From: an uncultured delta proteobacterium
GTDB taxonomy: Bacteria; Myxococcota_A; Polyangia; Polyangiales; Polyangiaceae
DNA length: 64,000 nt
Reading direction: 5' to 3'
Assembly (NCBI GenBank): GCA_963806225.1
Contig: CAWDXG010000001.1
Location: forward strand, 1,824,001-1,888,000
Shown here: piece by piece, positions 10,359-19,907 of the stretch
Layout: each line of letters starts with the position of its first letter
Position numbering within the stretch: position 1 is the stretch's first letter
Notes under the pieces: model-generated
Seen by the model: only the letters and a program-made list of their open reading frames with translations
What the model was told of the DNA's origin: nothing
Databases searched by the model: none
Translations under genes and position numbers: made by a program

Positions 10359-10384
10359 TCAATCCACTTTGTTGGACAAAGTGG
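10346..10384. promoter_or_regulatory. Tandem palindromic operator (two TTGT-N3-ACAA sites)
   Basis: ctttgtccaacaa-N10-ttgttggacaaag is a perfect 13-bp inverted repeat; the second site is itself a palindrome, ccactttgt-tgg-acaaagtgg. Confidence 0.7.
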
Positions 10385-10462
10385 GGACGCGACCTTGAGC
10401 AGAAAAACCGATGGATTCCAGCTAGATAAGCTGGAGTGCCCGTGCGGAGTCGAGTGAGAGGC

Positions 10463-10726
10463 TCAGTTGCCCACGGGGGCCGGCACCGGGGCAGCGCTGC
10501 CGGATGCGGCGGGAGGTGCCGGCGGCGCGGGGGCGTCCTTGAAGTGGATGACCTTGCGCTTGTTGTTCTGCTTGGCGGGCGTCGCGGAGGTCGCGGCCTT
10601 GGGGGCCGGGGCGGCGGCCGGAGCCGGTTTCGGCGGTGCGGTGTCCGCAGGCGGGGTCTGGATGACGCAGCCTGCCGCGAACACGGCGACGGGAAGTACG
10701 GCGAGCACTGAAGCAATGACGCGCAT
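10463..10726 (-). CDS. Small Pro/Ala-rich lipoprotein
   Basis: MRVIASVLAVLPVAVFAAGC lipobox. Confidence 0.65.
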   Translation of the reverse strand: MRVIASVLAVLPVAVFAAGCVIQTPPADTAPPKPAPAAAPAPKAATSATPAKQNNKRKVIHFKDAPAPPAPPAASGSAAPVPAPVGN

Positions 10727-10919
10727 GGGAGCACCTGTGGTGTGGGTACGGGCAGAGCGTAGCCGGATTTGGGTCGCGCGGCGAGAGCTGCGGAGCGGTC
10801 CGGCCCGTTTCTCTCGTACGCCCGCGTGCCCGGATTCTTCCCCCAATGATGGACCGCAAGTGTCGCCGACGTTGGGGCGCTCTGGCCCGGCGCGCCCGGC
10901 TGGGACACACTGACGATCA

Positions 10920-12263
10920 ATGGGGACAGCGTCCCGAATTCGAGGGTCTGGAGCGCTGGCGACTTCGGTCGCACTGCATGCGTTGACGCTCGGGACTGGC
11001 GCGTTCCTGCTCTCGCAGTCGCTTTCCAGCCGCGGACCCGACCGCGCGGCTCCGCACACCGTGGAGGTAACGCTCACCGGGAGCCACCTGCAGCTGCCGC
11101 GGATGGCCGCGGGAGGCGCGATCTCCAGCCGGCCCCTGCCGCGCGAGCCCGACCGGCCAAGGGCTCCAGCCCAGCTCGGCGGCGGCGACCGCCTGCTGCG
11201 CCCGGACATGCAGCGCGCCGGCCGCGGCGGTTCGGACCAGGTGTCCGAGCGCGCGCTGAATCTCGCCGACAGCAATGATGGGCTCACGCTCGACCGCGAT
11301 CTCCTGAATCGTCTGGATCGCAGCCAGGTCCAGCGCCTGGACACCGGGCGGGCGCGCAGCTCGCTGGACGACCGACGCGCCACGCCGCATCCGATGCAGC
11401 TCACGTTCCTGACGACCGGTACGGGCACCACGGCGCTCCGGCGCCCTTCCGACCGGCTCGACCCCTCGCTCGGCATCCGGAGTGGCGACCGAGCGCGCGA
11501 ACAGGGCGGGGTGCCCGGCGGCGCGGAGAGCCCCGAGAGCGGGAGCGGCCAGTTGCTGGAACCCGGTGCGGCGCAGGCCGGCAGCCGACGGAGTGAGCTC
11601 GCCGGGGGAATTCCGACCGGTGCGCGCGGTCACGACCACCGGCGGAGCGCGTCGGTGATGCTGGCGCGTCCGATGCTGAAGCGAGCGCGCGCAGCCGTGC
11701 CCGCGCCGGTCCGCGGCCGTCCCCGCGACAACGTCAACAGCAGCCAGGACGTGGCCAGCCGCGTGGCTTCGTTGATCCACGCCAGTACCGCGGGAGGCCA
11801 GCCCGGTGCGGGTCCGGGCGGTCAGGACGGACCTGGTCCATCGGGAAGCCAGGGCGCGACTGGGAGCGGCTCGCGCTCGGCGGCGGCCGGTGCCGGCGCC
11901 GGACCGCTGCTCGACGTCGGCCGCGATCCGCACGTGCTCGGCTACTTCCAGGGTATCAAGACGAAGGTCGACCCGTTGTGGAAGGACGCCTTTCCGCACT
12001 GGGCGATAAGGGAGGGTCGCGGGGGGTTGGCGATCGTCGGCTTCCGCGTGATGCACGACGGCTCGGTCGCGCACGTGCACCTGGTGCGCCGGAGCGGCGT
12101 CGGCGATTTCGACCGCAAGGTGATGCGCGCGGTCGAGCGCGCCGGCCCGTTCGGCACGCCGCCGGCCGTGCTGGGCCGCGGACCGGTCGCGCTCAGGCTC
12201 GTGTTCGACGCGCTGAACTCGCCCGTCGGGCGACGCGGACCGGGGCCTGGACAGGCGCGCTGA
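10920..12263 (+). CDS. TonB-family (TonB C-terminal domain) protein
   Basis: N-terminal SVALHAL TM motif; C-terminal FRVMHDGSV...RRSGVGDFDRKVMRAVERAGPF. Confidence 0.8.
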   Translation: MGTASRIRGSGALATSVALHALTLGTGAFLLSQSLSSRGPDRAAPHTVEVTLTGSHLQLPRMAAGGAISSRPLPREPDRPRAPAQLGGGDRLLRPDMQRAGRGGSDQVSERALNLADSNDGLTLDRDLLNRLDRSQVQRLDTGRARSSLDDRRATPHPMQLTFLTTGTGTTALRRPSDRLDPSLGIRSGDRAREQGGVPGGAESPESGSGQLLEPGAAQAGSRRSELAGGIPTGARGHDHRRSASVMLARPMLKRARAAVPAPVRGRPRDNVNSSQDVASRVASLIHASTAGGQPGAGPGGQDGPGPSGSQGATGSGSRSAAAGAGAGPLLDVGRDPHVLGYFQGIKTKVDPLWKDAFPHWAIREGRGGLAIVGFRVMHDGSVAHVHLVRRSGVGDFDRKVMRAVERAGPFGTPPAVLGRGPVALRLVFDALNSPVGRRGPGPGQAR

Positions 12264-12269
12264 CTCGAC

Positions 12270-12299
12270 TTGACAGCCGCCGCCGCCGCCGCCCATATT
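12270..12299 (+). promoter_or_regulatory. tRNA promoter TTGACA-(GCC)6-CATATT
   Basis: Consensus -35, 18-nt spacer, near-consensus -10 and a GC-rich discriminator 11 nt before the tRNA. Confidence 0.7.
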
Positions 12300-12310
12300 C
12301 CCCGCCCTTC

Positions 12311-12384
12311 GCCGAAGTAGCTCAGTCGGTTAGAGCACGCGCTTCATAAGCGCGGAGTCGTCGGTTCAAGTCCGACCTTCGGCA
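12311..12384 (+). tRNA. tRNA-Met(CAT), non-initiator type (Ile2 not excluded); CCA not encoded
   Basis: Acceptor gccgaag/cttcggc, D arm gctc/gagc, anticodon arm cgcgc-ttcataa-gcgcg, T arm gtcgg-ttcaagt-ccgac. Confidence 0.95.
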
Positions 12385-12480
12385 CTACGCCTGGCCGCCC
12401 GCCGGCGCAGGACGAGCACGGCGGGCAGGCCCAGCAGGGCAAGCGAGCCGCTACCGCCCGGTGTGCGGGGACGCTGCAGC
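12348..12480 (+). repeat. attL-like direct repeat (copy 1)
   Basis: First 48 bp identical to 28294-28341; whole 133 bp matches 28294-28427 with 4 substitutions and 1 indel. Confidence 0.93.
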
Positions 12481-12924
12481 GTTCGCGTCGACGTGACCGA
12501 TGCCATGCTCGCGCTGGCGCGACAGCGAGTGGCCGACGCGGGGTGGTCGAACGTCGAGCTGGTACTGGCCGCCGCCGCCGACTTCACGTTCCCCGAGCCG
12601 GTCCAGGCAGCCGTCGCGACGTTCTCTCTCGCGTTCAGCCCGCGCTGCGACGAGATCGTCGCGCGCGCGGCGCAGGCTCTTGCACCGGGCGGCCGCTTGG
12701 CGGTACTGGGACAGAAGCTCCCGCCCACTCCAATCGCGTGGCTACGCCCGGCGATCATGTTGGCGCTGAAGGGCTTCGGCGTGACCAACGCGATTTTCGA
12801 TCGTCGTCCGTGGAACCGCATCGTGGCGGCGATGGGCCGGTACCTGGAAGGCCTGTGCGTCGAGCAAGGGTGTTTCGGGATCGTCTACCTGGCGACGGCG
12901 ACGCGCGGCGGCGAAGCGGCGTAA
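12481..12924 (+). pseudogene. 5'-truncated class I SAM-dependent methyltransferase
   Basis: VDVTDAMLALARQR...NVELV..AADF..LAPGGRL; motif I is absent and homology starts at the att repeat end. Confidence 0.7.
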
Positions 12925-13185
12925 TCGAGACGACCAGCTTCGACCAACGCGACCAGGCTGGACCCGGTTGAAGTCCCGCGATCGACATCGCGCGATCGAA
13001 GTTCATTCGTGTTCGGCTAGCGCCGCGGTACGCCCGGCCGCGGCGCTAGACCAACCGCACACGAATGGTCGGGCGTCATGTAAGCTGGTTCCCGGTGGTT
13101 ACGCCCTTCCACCAGCCTGTCCGCGCCGATCCGTGCCGTCCCTTGACGCGCAGTCGGCGGAAGAGCGACCCTCTTTCAATCGGGA

Positions 13186-13757
13186 TTGTTCTGCGTAGAG
13201 CGAGCCTGGTTCTGGTGGTGGCGGGCATCGCAGCCTGCGGTTCGAACAAGTCGAACGCTCCGCCGTCCTCGGTCGATGCGGCGGGCCGAACAGGCGGCGG
13301 CGCGGCAGAAGCCGGACCGGGTGGCGCGGCAGAAGCCGGGCCCGACGGAGCGGGAGGCGGCGGACGCGGGCCCCGTCGATGCCTCCGACGGCGGCTGCGT
13401 CGCGCCGTCGGCTCTGGTCCAGCACATCGCGCTCGGCGCGCAGCACGGTTGCGCGCTCCATACGGACGGAACAGCGGAGTGCTGGGGAACGCCCTCTACG
13501 GACGTTGGGCAGACGCATCCACCAACGGACAGCTTCTCCGATCTGGACGCCTATCTGGACACGAACTGCGCCGTGTCGTCCGTCGACGGAAGCATCGCCT
13601 GCTGGGGGGACGACTCGAGCGGCATCGTGTCGAAGATTCCGGCCGGGAAGTTCGTGCAGGTTGCGGTGGGCATCGACGAGGGCTGCGCGCTATCCGTCTG
13701 CGGGAGCGTCCAGTGCTGGGGGAGCGGCGCTGCGGCGTCGCGTCTGCCGGACGATGA
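13186..13757 (+). pseudogene. RCC1/BLIP-II repeat lipoprotein, frameshifted and truncated
   Basis: Lipobox GIAAC in one frame; HGCALHTDGTAECWG, GSIACWG and GSVQCWG repeats in another. Confidence 0.7.
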
Positions 13758-13929
13758 CGGCCACCAGCGATCTGCCCCAGGGGTACGTCTGGGGCGGCCG
13801 GAACTACCCCACGCCGACCGAGCTGTGGGGCGCCATCTCCCCGGGCCACTACAACGTCCAGCACGCCTACACCATCGCCCGCGTGCCCTGCGCCGACATG
13901 ACCCAGAGGGACAGGACGGTCCTCTCCCC

Positions 13930-14200
13930 GTCGGTCATGGCCCGGCTCGCTTGGATCGGTTGGTTGCCGAACTCCACCAGCTCCAGAACATTGTACCCCA
14001 AGGAGTTGTCGATGCCCCCCTCGCCGTCGGTTTTCGCAGCCGTCGGGTTACCGCCAAGAGGCGGCTTGCAGTGGTTGTCGTCTGTGAGCTTCGACGTAGA
14101 ATTTGCTGATCGCGATCACCGTCGTGGCCCCGCTCTTGTTCGGCGGCTCGTTGCCCGGCGCCGGCGGCAGCGTGCAGGCCGACGGGTGCGCACTGCAGCT
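13930..14200 (-). pseudogene. Internally deleted remnant of a myxobacterial secreted-protein gene
   Basis: Segments TTVIAISKFYV and KTDGEGGIDNSLGYN in different frames; family recalled from memory. Confidence 0.35.
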
Positions 14201-14302
14201 CAGGCAGCGTGCCCGCATTGCCCTTTTTGTGGCCCTTGCGCCTTCTCGGTGATGGCTGTCTGGCCGCCGAAGAGGTAGTTGCTGGCGGGGAACGACATCC
14301 TC

Positions 14303-14460
14303 AGCCGCGTCATCCGCCGAAGGCTCGGAGAGCCGGTGCAGGCGGAGCTGTTCGACGCGCACTAGGCGCGCTCGACAGGGCCGGGATCTGTGCGGAGGAG
14401 GGAATTCGCGCGGAGACGACGCGCGTCGGGCGGGATGCGACGAAAGCGTGCCTCCCGCAG
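14303..14460 (+). mobile_element. IS91-like transposase 3' end remnant plus downstream end region
   Basis: SRVIRRRLGEPVQAELFDAH*; homologous to 16394-16555. Confidence 0.55.
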
Positions 14461-14580
14461 AGATCCACTTCCTGGCCGCGCACGGCTAGCGGCGCGCGAG
14501 CGGCAAGTATTCTTGCTCTTCATGAACGCGCCGCGCAGATGGCACTATCGGTCCCGCCGATTTCCCGATAGGAGGAGCTC

Positions 14581-15468
14581 GTGTTCCGTCGTTTTTCCCT
14601 CGCTCTGGCTCTAGTTGCCTGCGTGCCCGCCTCCGCGGCGGCTGCACCGTCGAAGAAGAAGCCCACTTCCCACAAGGTCGCTCCGCACCATGCGGCGCTG
14701 CGCATCACGCCGAAGATGCTCTCCGCGTTCAACGACCCGCTGATCTCGAGCACCGCCGGGGTGCACATCGCGAGTGTCCTGCTCACCCAGGCGTGGAAGG
14801 GGAAGTCCACCACGGCGAGGCGCGCCCACGCGGTTTCGCTGGCGAAGTCCGCCCTGTACAGCAGCCGGGCGCTGCTCGCGCGCGGGCTGCACGACGCGCG
14901 GGTGCACCACAAGAAGGCGCCGGAGCTTGAAGGCCAGTACCGCAGCGTGCTCAAGGCGCTCTCAGCCCTTCAGAAGCTGCCTGCAGCTCCCAGCACGGTG
15001 CAGCTGCGGAAGGCAGCGACCGGCTCGAGCATCGCGCTGCTCCGGGGTGACGCGCTGGTGGGCCGGCACGACAAGCACGGCATCGCGAAGGAGCGCGCTG
15101 CTGCCGTCAACGCGCTGATCGGTGAAGACGGTCTGGTCGCGATCATCGGCGAGAACGGAAGCCAGGCCCTGATCGGCGAGAACGGAAGCAAGGCCCTGAT
15201 CGGCGAGAACGGGAGCCAGGCCCTGATCGGCGAGGACGGCATGATGGCGCTGGACGCGCTCATCGGGGAGGACGGGGTGGTCGCGGACGCCGTCTCGAAG
15301 ACACGGTCGGTGCCGAAGCTCGCCGGACACGCGCACAAGCTTGCCGCCCAGCAGGGCGCGATGGCCAGCGCGCTGAAGAGCGGCAAGGGCGGAGCTGCAG
15401 TCGGAAGCGCCCTGCGCCAGGCTGCGCTCGCCAACAGCGCGATGGTCAAGAGCCTGGGCGGGTTCTAG
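14581..15468 (+). CDS. Secreted hypothetical protein with ALIGE[DN]G repeats
   Basis: Signal peptide (LALALVACVPASAAA); six IGE[DN]G units. Confidence 0.7.
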   Translation: MFRRFSLALALVACVPASAAAAPSKKKPTSHKVAPHHAALRITPKMLSAFNDPLISSTAGVHIASVLLTQAWKGKSTTARRAHAVSLAKSALYSSRALLARGLHDARVHHKKAPELEGQYRSVLKALSALQKLPAAPSTVQLRKAATGSSIALLRGDALVGRHDKHGIAKERAAAVNALIGEDGLVAIIGENGSQALIGENGSKALIGENGSQALIGEDGMMALDALIGEDGVVADAVSKTRSVPKLAGHAHKLAAQQGAMASALKSGKGGAAVGSALRQAALANSAMVKSLGGF

Positions 15469-15629
15469 CCGCCGCAGCGTCAGCCGCCGTGCTTCCAGCG
15501 AAGCACGGCGTGCACGCCGCCGCGCTCGCCGACAGCGAGTCCGCGCTCGCGGAGCTCGCCGTCGCCTCCACGCTCGGTACCGTCCCCCCCGCTCCACGCC
15601 GCCACCACCGCAGGCGCTCATGACGCTGC

Positions 15630-15665
15630 CAGCGACGGGACGTTTGCCATCGATCTCGATCCGCT
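15630..15665 (+). mobile_element. 36-bp IS91-like transposase scrap (SDGTFAIDLDPL)
   Basis: 35/36 identical to 16308-16343. Confidence 0.55.
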
Positions 15666-15826
15666 GGCTCCGTTTCCGCGCCGGACCGACAACAACAACC
15701 CTTCGTGTTGATGCTCGGCGCGTTGCCTGGGCTGGCAGCGCTGCGGCGCCGCACGCCGTGATCGTCGTCAGTCACTGGTACGAATTGGCCTTTGTTGCGC
15801 CAGCTCCAGCCGAGCAGCCTGGAGGG

Positions 15827-16128
15827 ATGAGGCACTTGTGGGTGGGGATCGCGTGTCTGGTGGTCGCGGCGTGCGGGGCCAAGGCACCTTCTGAATCTGT
15901 AACGCAGCAATCAGCGCCGATCCTCGACGGCGTCGATGCGCCGGAAGCGACGAACATCGTCGCCGTTCGCGTGAACACAGCCACTGGCACGATCATGTGT
16001 TCGGGCGCGCTGATCGCGCCCAGTCTCGTGGTGGTCGAGCGCCGTCCCGACACCAACAACAACCCTTCGTATTGATGCTCGGTGCGTTGCTGGGGCTGGC
16101 AGCGCTGCGGCGCCGGCGCGACGACTGA
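15827..16128 (+). pseudogene. Internally deleted S1 (trypsin-like) lipoprotein protease with C-terminal TM/basic sorting tail
   Basis: Lipobox VAAC, PILDG, CSGALIAPSLVV breaking off before the catalytic His; then out-of-frame PFVLMLGALLGLAALRRRRDD*. Confidence 0.7.
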
Positions 16129-16186
16129 TTCTGTCAACAACATCTACACTCTCGGCTCAGCGCAAGAACACCCTGCGCTGTCCGAT

Positions 16187-16456
16187 GTCGAGCACCACGA
16201 CCCTGTCGGCGCCGACGCTGCCGCTACATCCTGCGCCTGGCCACCGCGGCCGGGCGCGTCCAGCTCGTCGCGGGCGACCTCGTGCGGCTCGAGCTGAAGC
16301 GGCCGTTCAGCGACGGGGCGTTTGCCATCGATCTCGATCCGCTCTCGCTCCTCTGCCGGCTCGCGACGGCCGTGCCGCCCTCGCGCTTTCAAGAGCCGCG
16401 CTATCCGCCGAAGGCTCGGCGAGCCCGTGCAGGCGGAGCTGTTCGACGCGCCCTGA
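16187..16456 (+). mobile_element. IS91-like (Y2 HUH) transposase remnant with internal deletion
   Basis: CRYILR...LVRLELKRPFSDGAFAIDLDPLSLLCRLATAVPPSRF joined to the C-terminus FKSRAIRRRLGEPVQAELFDAP*. Confidence 0.7.
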
Positions 16457-16618
16457 CTGGCGCGAGCGCGAGGGCGGGGATCGGACCAGAGGCGGGGAAT
16501 TCGTGCGGAGATGACACGCGCAGGGCCGGATGCCACGAAGGCGCGTCTCGGGAGAGCTGTACCCGCCGCCTGCGGTCAGGGCCCCAAGCAACCAGGTGCG
16601 CGTGGCGCTCGAGGCGAT

Positions 16619-18052
16619 CTACGTGGAGGCCCGTGGCCCGACGTGCTGTCGCTCCGCCCGGGCGAGTGCCGAGCGCGCGGCGAAGGCGAAGGCCTCGGTC
16701 AGCGTCGGGTGCGGGTGGATGGCTCCGGCGAGTAGGGGTAGTGGCGTGCCGCCGGCGATGGCGAGCGCCGCTTCGCCCATGAGATCGGCCGCGCCTTCGA
16801 TCAAGGCGTGCACGCCGACTATTCGCAGGTCGTCGCAGCGATACACGATCCTGAGGAGCCCCGTGGTCTCGCTGCTGATCTGCGCGCGGGCATCGCCGCG
16901 GTAGTCGTACGCCGCCACGGCCACGTCCATACCTGCCGCGCGGGCCGCCTCCTCGGTCAGGCCAGCCATGCCCAGCTCGGGGCGCGAGAAGATCACGGCA
17001 CTGTTGTGTTCCGGCCGCGGCCAGGCGACGGGCTGCCCCAGCAGGTGGCGCGCGACAGCCAGCGCCTGCGCCGTCGCCCAGTGGGCGAACATGGGATGCC
17101 CAACCAGATCGCCGGTTGCGAAGATCCCCGCCTCGTTGGTCTCGAGCTCGCCGTTGACCCGGACGCCGTGGCGGTCGTGGTTCACTGCGGTGGTCTCGAG
17201 TCCCAGCCCGTCGACGTTGGGGTGACGGCCGGCCACGATGGCCACGACCTCCGCCTCGACCTGTCGCCCGGCTCCAGCGTGCTGGTAGCGCACGCGGTGG
17301 TGGCGTTCGCCGCCTTCGATGGCGTCGACGCGGACTTCGGTCTCCAGGCTGATGCCGCTCGCGGCGAGCTCAGCGGCCAGGCGCGCGGCCAGCACCGCGT
17401 CCACCGGCGCCAGGATGCGCGGCGCAGCTTCGAGCACGGTCACCCGGCTGCCGAGCAGCGCGAAGATCTGCGCCATCTCGATGCCGATCGGCCCGCCGCC
17501 GATCAGCACCAGCGAGTCGGGGACGAAACCGATCTCGATCAGCCCCCCGGAAGTGATCACCCCGGGCAGATCGGCGCCGGGGATCGGCAGGCGGTTGGGG
17601 GCCGAGCCGGTGGCGAGGATGGCCTGATCGAAGTGCACGCGGCGTCGCTCGCCGCCCGCCTCGATCAGCGCTTCGTGTGGCCCGCCGAGACGTGCGCGGC
17701 CGAACACCACCTCCAGGCCCGGGATGGCGCGCGCCTGCTCCAGCGCCCCCTGCGCGCGCTGGTTGAGGATGCGGTGACGGCGCGATTGCACCGCCGCCCA
17801 GTCCACCTTTGCCTGGCTGTCGGCGAGCTCTAGACCGAACTCCGCGCTGCGCGCGATCTCCAGCCGCCGCGCCGCCGTCTCGCGGAAGATCTTGGACGGG
17901 ATGCAGCCCTCGAACAGACACGCGCCGCCGAGCCCCCGCCCGGCCACCGCCAGGAGCACCCGCTTGCCCCCGCGCGCCAGCGCCATCGCCGCCGGCGTGC
18001 CGCCGGGCCCGCCGCCCACCACCAGCACATCCACATGCCCCCCGTTTGCCAT
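16619..18052 (-). CDS. Dihydrolipoamide dehydrogenase-like class I pyridine nucleotide-disulfide oxidoreductase
   Basis: GGGPGG, GGACLFEGCIPSK, IGGGPIGIE, ATGD, HPHPTLTE. Confidence 0.88.
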   Translation of the reverse strand: MANGGHVDVLVVGGGPGGTPAAMALARGGKRVLLAVAGRGLGGACLFEGCIPSKIFRETAARRLEIARSAEFGLELADSQAKVDWAAVQSRRHRILNQRAQGALEQARAIPGLEVVFGRARLGGPHEALIEAGGERRRVHFDQAILATGSAPNRLPIPGADLPGVITSGGLIEIGFVPDSLVLIGGGPIGIEMAQIFALLGSRVTVLEAAPRILAPVDAVLAARLAAELAASGISLETEVRVDAIEGGERHHRVRYQHAGAGRQVEAEVVAIVAGRHPNVDGLGLETTAVNHDRHGVRVNGELETNEAGIFATGDLVGHPMFAHWATAQALAVARHLLGQPVAWPRPEHNSAVIFSRPELGMAGLTEEAARAAGMDVAVAAYDYRGDARAQISSETTGLLRIVYRCDDLRIVGVHALIEGAADLMGEAALAIAGGTPLPLLAGAIHPHPTLTEAFAFAARSALARAERQHVGPRAST

Positions 18053-18350
18053 GTCGCTCTCCCGTGCTGCGTCCGGCAGAAGGCCTGCCGCCATCTAGCA
18101 GGGTAACCACGCGGCGCGGGCGGCCAACCGGGCAAGCTGACTACCGCAGTGTGCTGCCCACAGGGGCACTCCGGCGCACGCAGTGCCCATCGGGATCCCG
18201 GCCTAGAGTGACGCGGGATCGACGAGGTGCGCTTCGGCGCCGATCCAGTAGACGGCGTGATCCGTGGCCGCGAATGCTCGCCCGCCCGCCAGAGCAAGCT
18301 CGCGCCAGTCGGCGTGCTGGCTACTCGTCGCGTCCGCCGCAGATGAGCGC

Positions 18351-19907
18351 TCAGTCCGTCCCCGCGTCTGCGGGTGCGTAGGCGGCCTGCACCGCCGTGT
18401 AGACCGGCGTGTCCGGCAGCCGCAGGTCGAGCACGTAGGTCATCGCGCCGTCGCCGTAGCCCTGCGCGGACAGCGGCAGCGCAGCATCGAGTACCGCCCC
18501 GACGTACGAGGCCGTCGGTGGATGGGTAGGATCGGACGAGAGTTTCGCCGCATAGACCATCGTGACGAGCGAAGCCGTACGCACTGCTGCCACGTCGAAC
18601 GACGCGCTGCTAGCCGACGTGGTCCAGCCTGCGCCCCCGCTCTCGAAATCTCCGTTCTGGAGCGAGAGCCCCGTCCCCTGGACCTCGTCGAACCACAGCG
18701 TCTGGCCGAAGTTGGACACGCCTTTTTCGTGCGTCACGCGGAAGGCGACGCTGACGGAGCTCTTCTGCGCCAGGCTGGACGGCAGATCGACGTGAACCTT
18801 CCGCCAGGCATAGCGGCTGACGCCCCCGATGTCCTGTTGCCAGACGACGGCGCCGTCGACGAGGAGCTGGGCGAAGACATAGCCGCTCGTCGTGCCGGCG
18901 AAGTCGTGCTGCCACGAGAAGTCGATGGCGAAGGGACCTGACCCGGTGATGCTCGCGGTCTGCTCGACGGAGCCGTAGGTCCCGGCCGTCGACGGCGTGC
19001 CCCACGGAAAATGGAGCTGGACGCAGCCGCTTCGCCGCCTGTCCGGGGTCTTGTAGTCGCGCAGGCACGAGAGCTGGGCGCCGAGCGTCTCGATCTCCGG
19101 AGCGGCCGAAGAGGTGACGTAGGTGTTGGCGTTCTTGCCGTCACGGAACGGGAAGATCACGCCCGCGACGTCGGCACGCAGCGGCGCGATGATGGCGCTC
19201 TGTCCTTCCAGGTCGGGCCAGTAGAGCACCGGCCAGAATCCCATGGCCGGCGCGATCGCCTGGGCCGCTTGCACCATCTGGTGCACGTAGCTCTTCGAGA
19301 AGAGCTTGCACGGCGCGCCCGGCCTGAGCGACGAGTTGTATCCGAAGTCGTCGATGGCGAATGCCGTCAGGTTCGGATGCGACAGCGACAGCGTGGCGAT
19401 CTGCTTCGCCCATGCGACGTAGTCCATCTGGTAGGGCGGATAGCTGCCGCCGGCACAGCCCGACGCACCGGGCACTTCGGTCGGCGGCACCAGATAGACC
19501 CAGACGTTGATGTGGCTCTTGGCTGTTGCGTCCAGGAACGCGGGGAGCGTGTCCCACTCGCTCTGGGGATCGCGATAGATCAGGTACGCATACGTATCGA
19601 CGTGCGCGTTGGAAAGGCGCGCGACGGTCTGCGCGACGTCGATCGCGTTCGACGTCGCGTCATGCAGCACGCCCGCGTAGTCGCCGTGGACGACCGGAAA
19701 CCGCGGCGGCGACTGGGCGTCCGCGTCGGCCTCCGCTTCTGGCGAGCCGTCCGGCGGAGCCATCGCGTCGGCGCCTGATTCGGGCGAGCCGTCCGGCGGA
19801 GCCGTCGCGTCGGCGGGCGCCCCCGAGTCCCTTGGGCTCGACCTCGGCGAGCTGCACATCGCAGCCGCGGGCAACAGAGCGAGAAGAGCCAGCCACACAG
19901 CTCGCAT
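18351..19907 (-). CDS. Secreted hypothetical protein (possible glycoside hydrolase-like barrel with beta-sandwich insert)
   Basis: Signal peptide, duplicated 14-aa linker, VWVYLVPPTE and AFAIDDF, NGDFE motif; function inferred. Confidence 0.65.
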   Translation of the reverse strand: MRAVWLALLALLPAAAMCSSPRSSPRDSGAPADATAPPDGSPESGADAMAPPDGSPEAEADADAQSPPRFPVVHGDYAGVLHDATSNAIDVAQTVARLSNAHVDTYAYLIYRDPQSEWDTLPAFLDATAKSHINVWVYLVPPTEVPGASGCAGGSYPPYQMDYVAWAKQIATLSLSHPNLTAFAIDDFGYNSSLRPGAPCKLFSKSYVHQMVQAAQAIAPAMGFWPVLYWPDLEGQSAIIAPLRADVAGVIFPFRDGKNANTYVTSSAAPEIETLGAQLSCLRDYKTPDRRRSGCVQLHFPWGTPSTAGTYGSVEQTASITGSGPFAIDFSWQHDFAGTTSGYVFAQLLVDGAVVWQQDIGGVSRYAWRKVHVDLPSSLAQKSSVSVAFRVTHEKGVSNFGQTLWFDEVQGTGLSLQNGDFESGGAGWTTSASSASFDVAAVRTASLVTMVYAAKLSSDPTHPPTASYVGAVLDAALPLSAQGYGDGAMTYVLDLRLPDTPVYTAVQAAYAPADAGTD

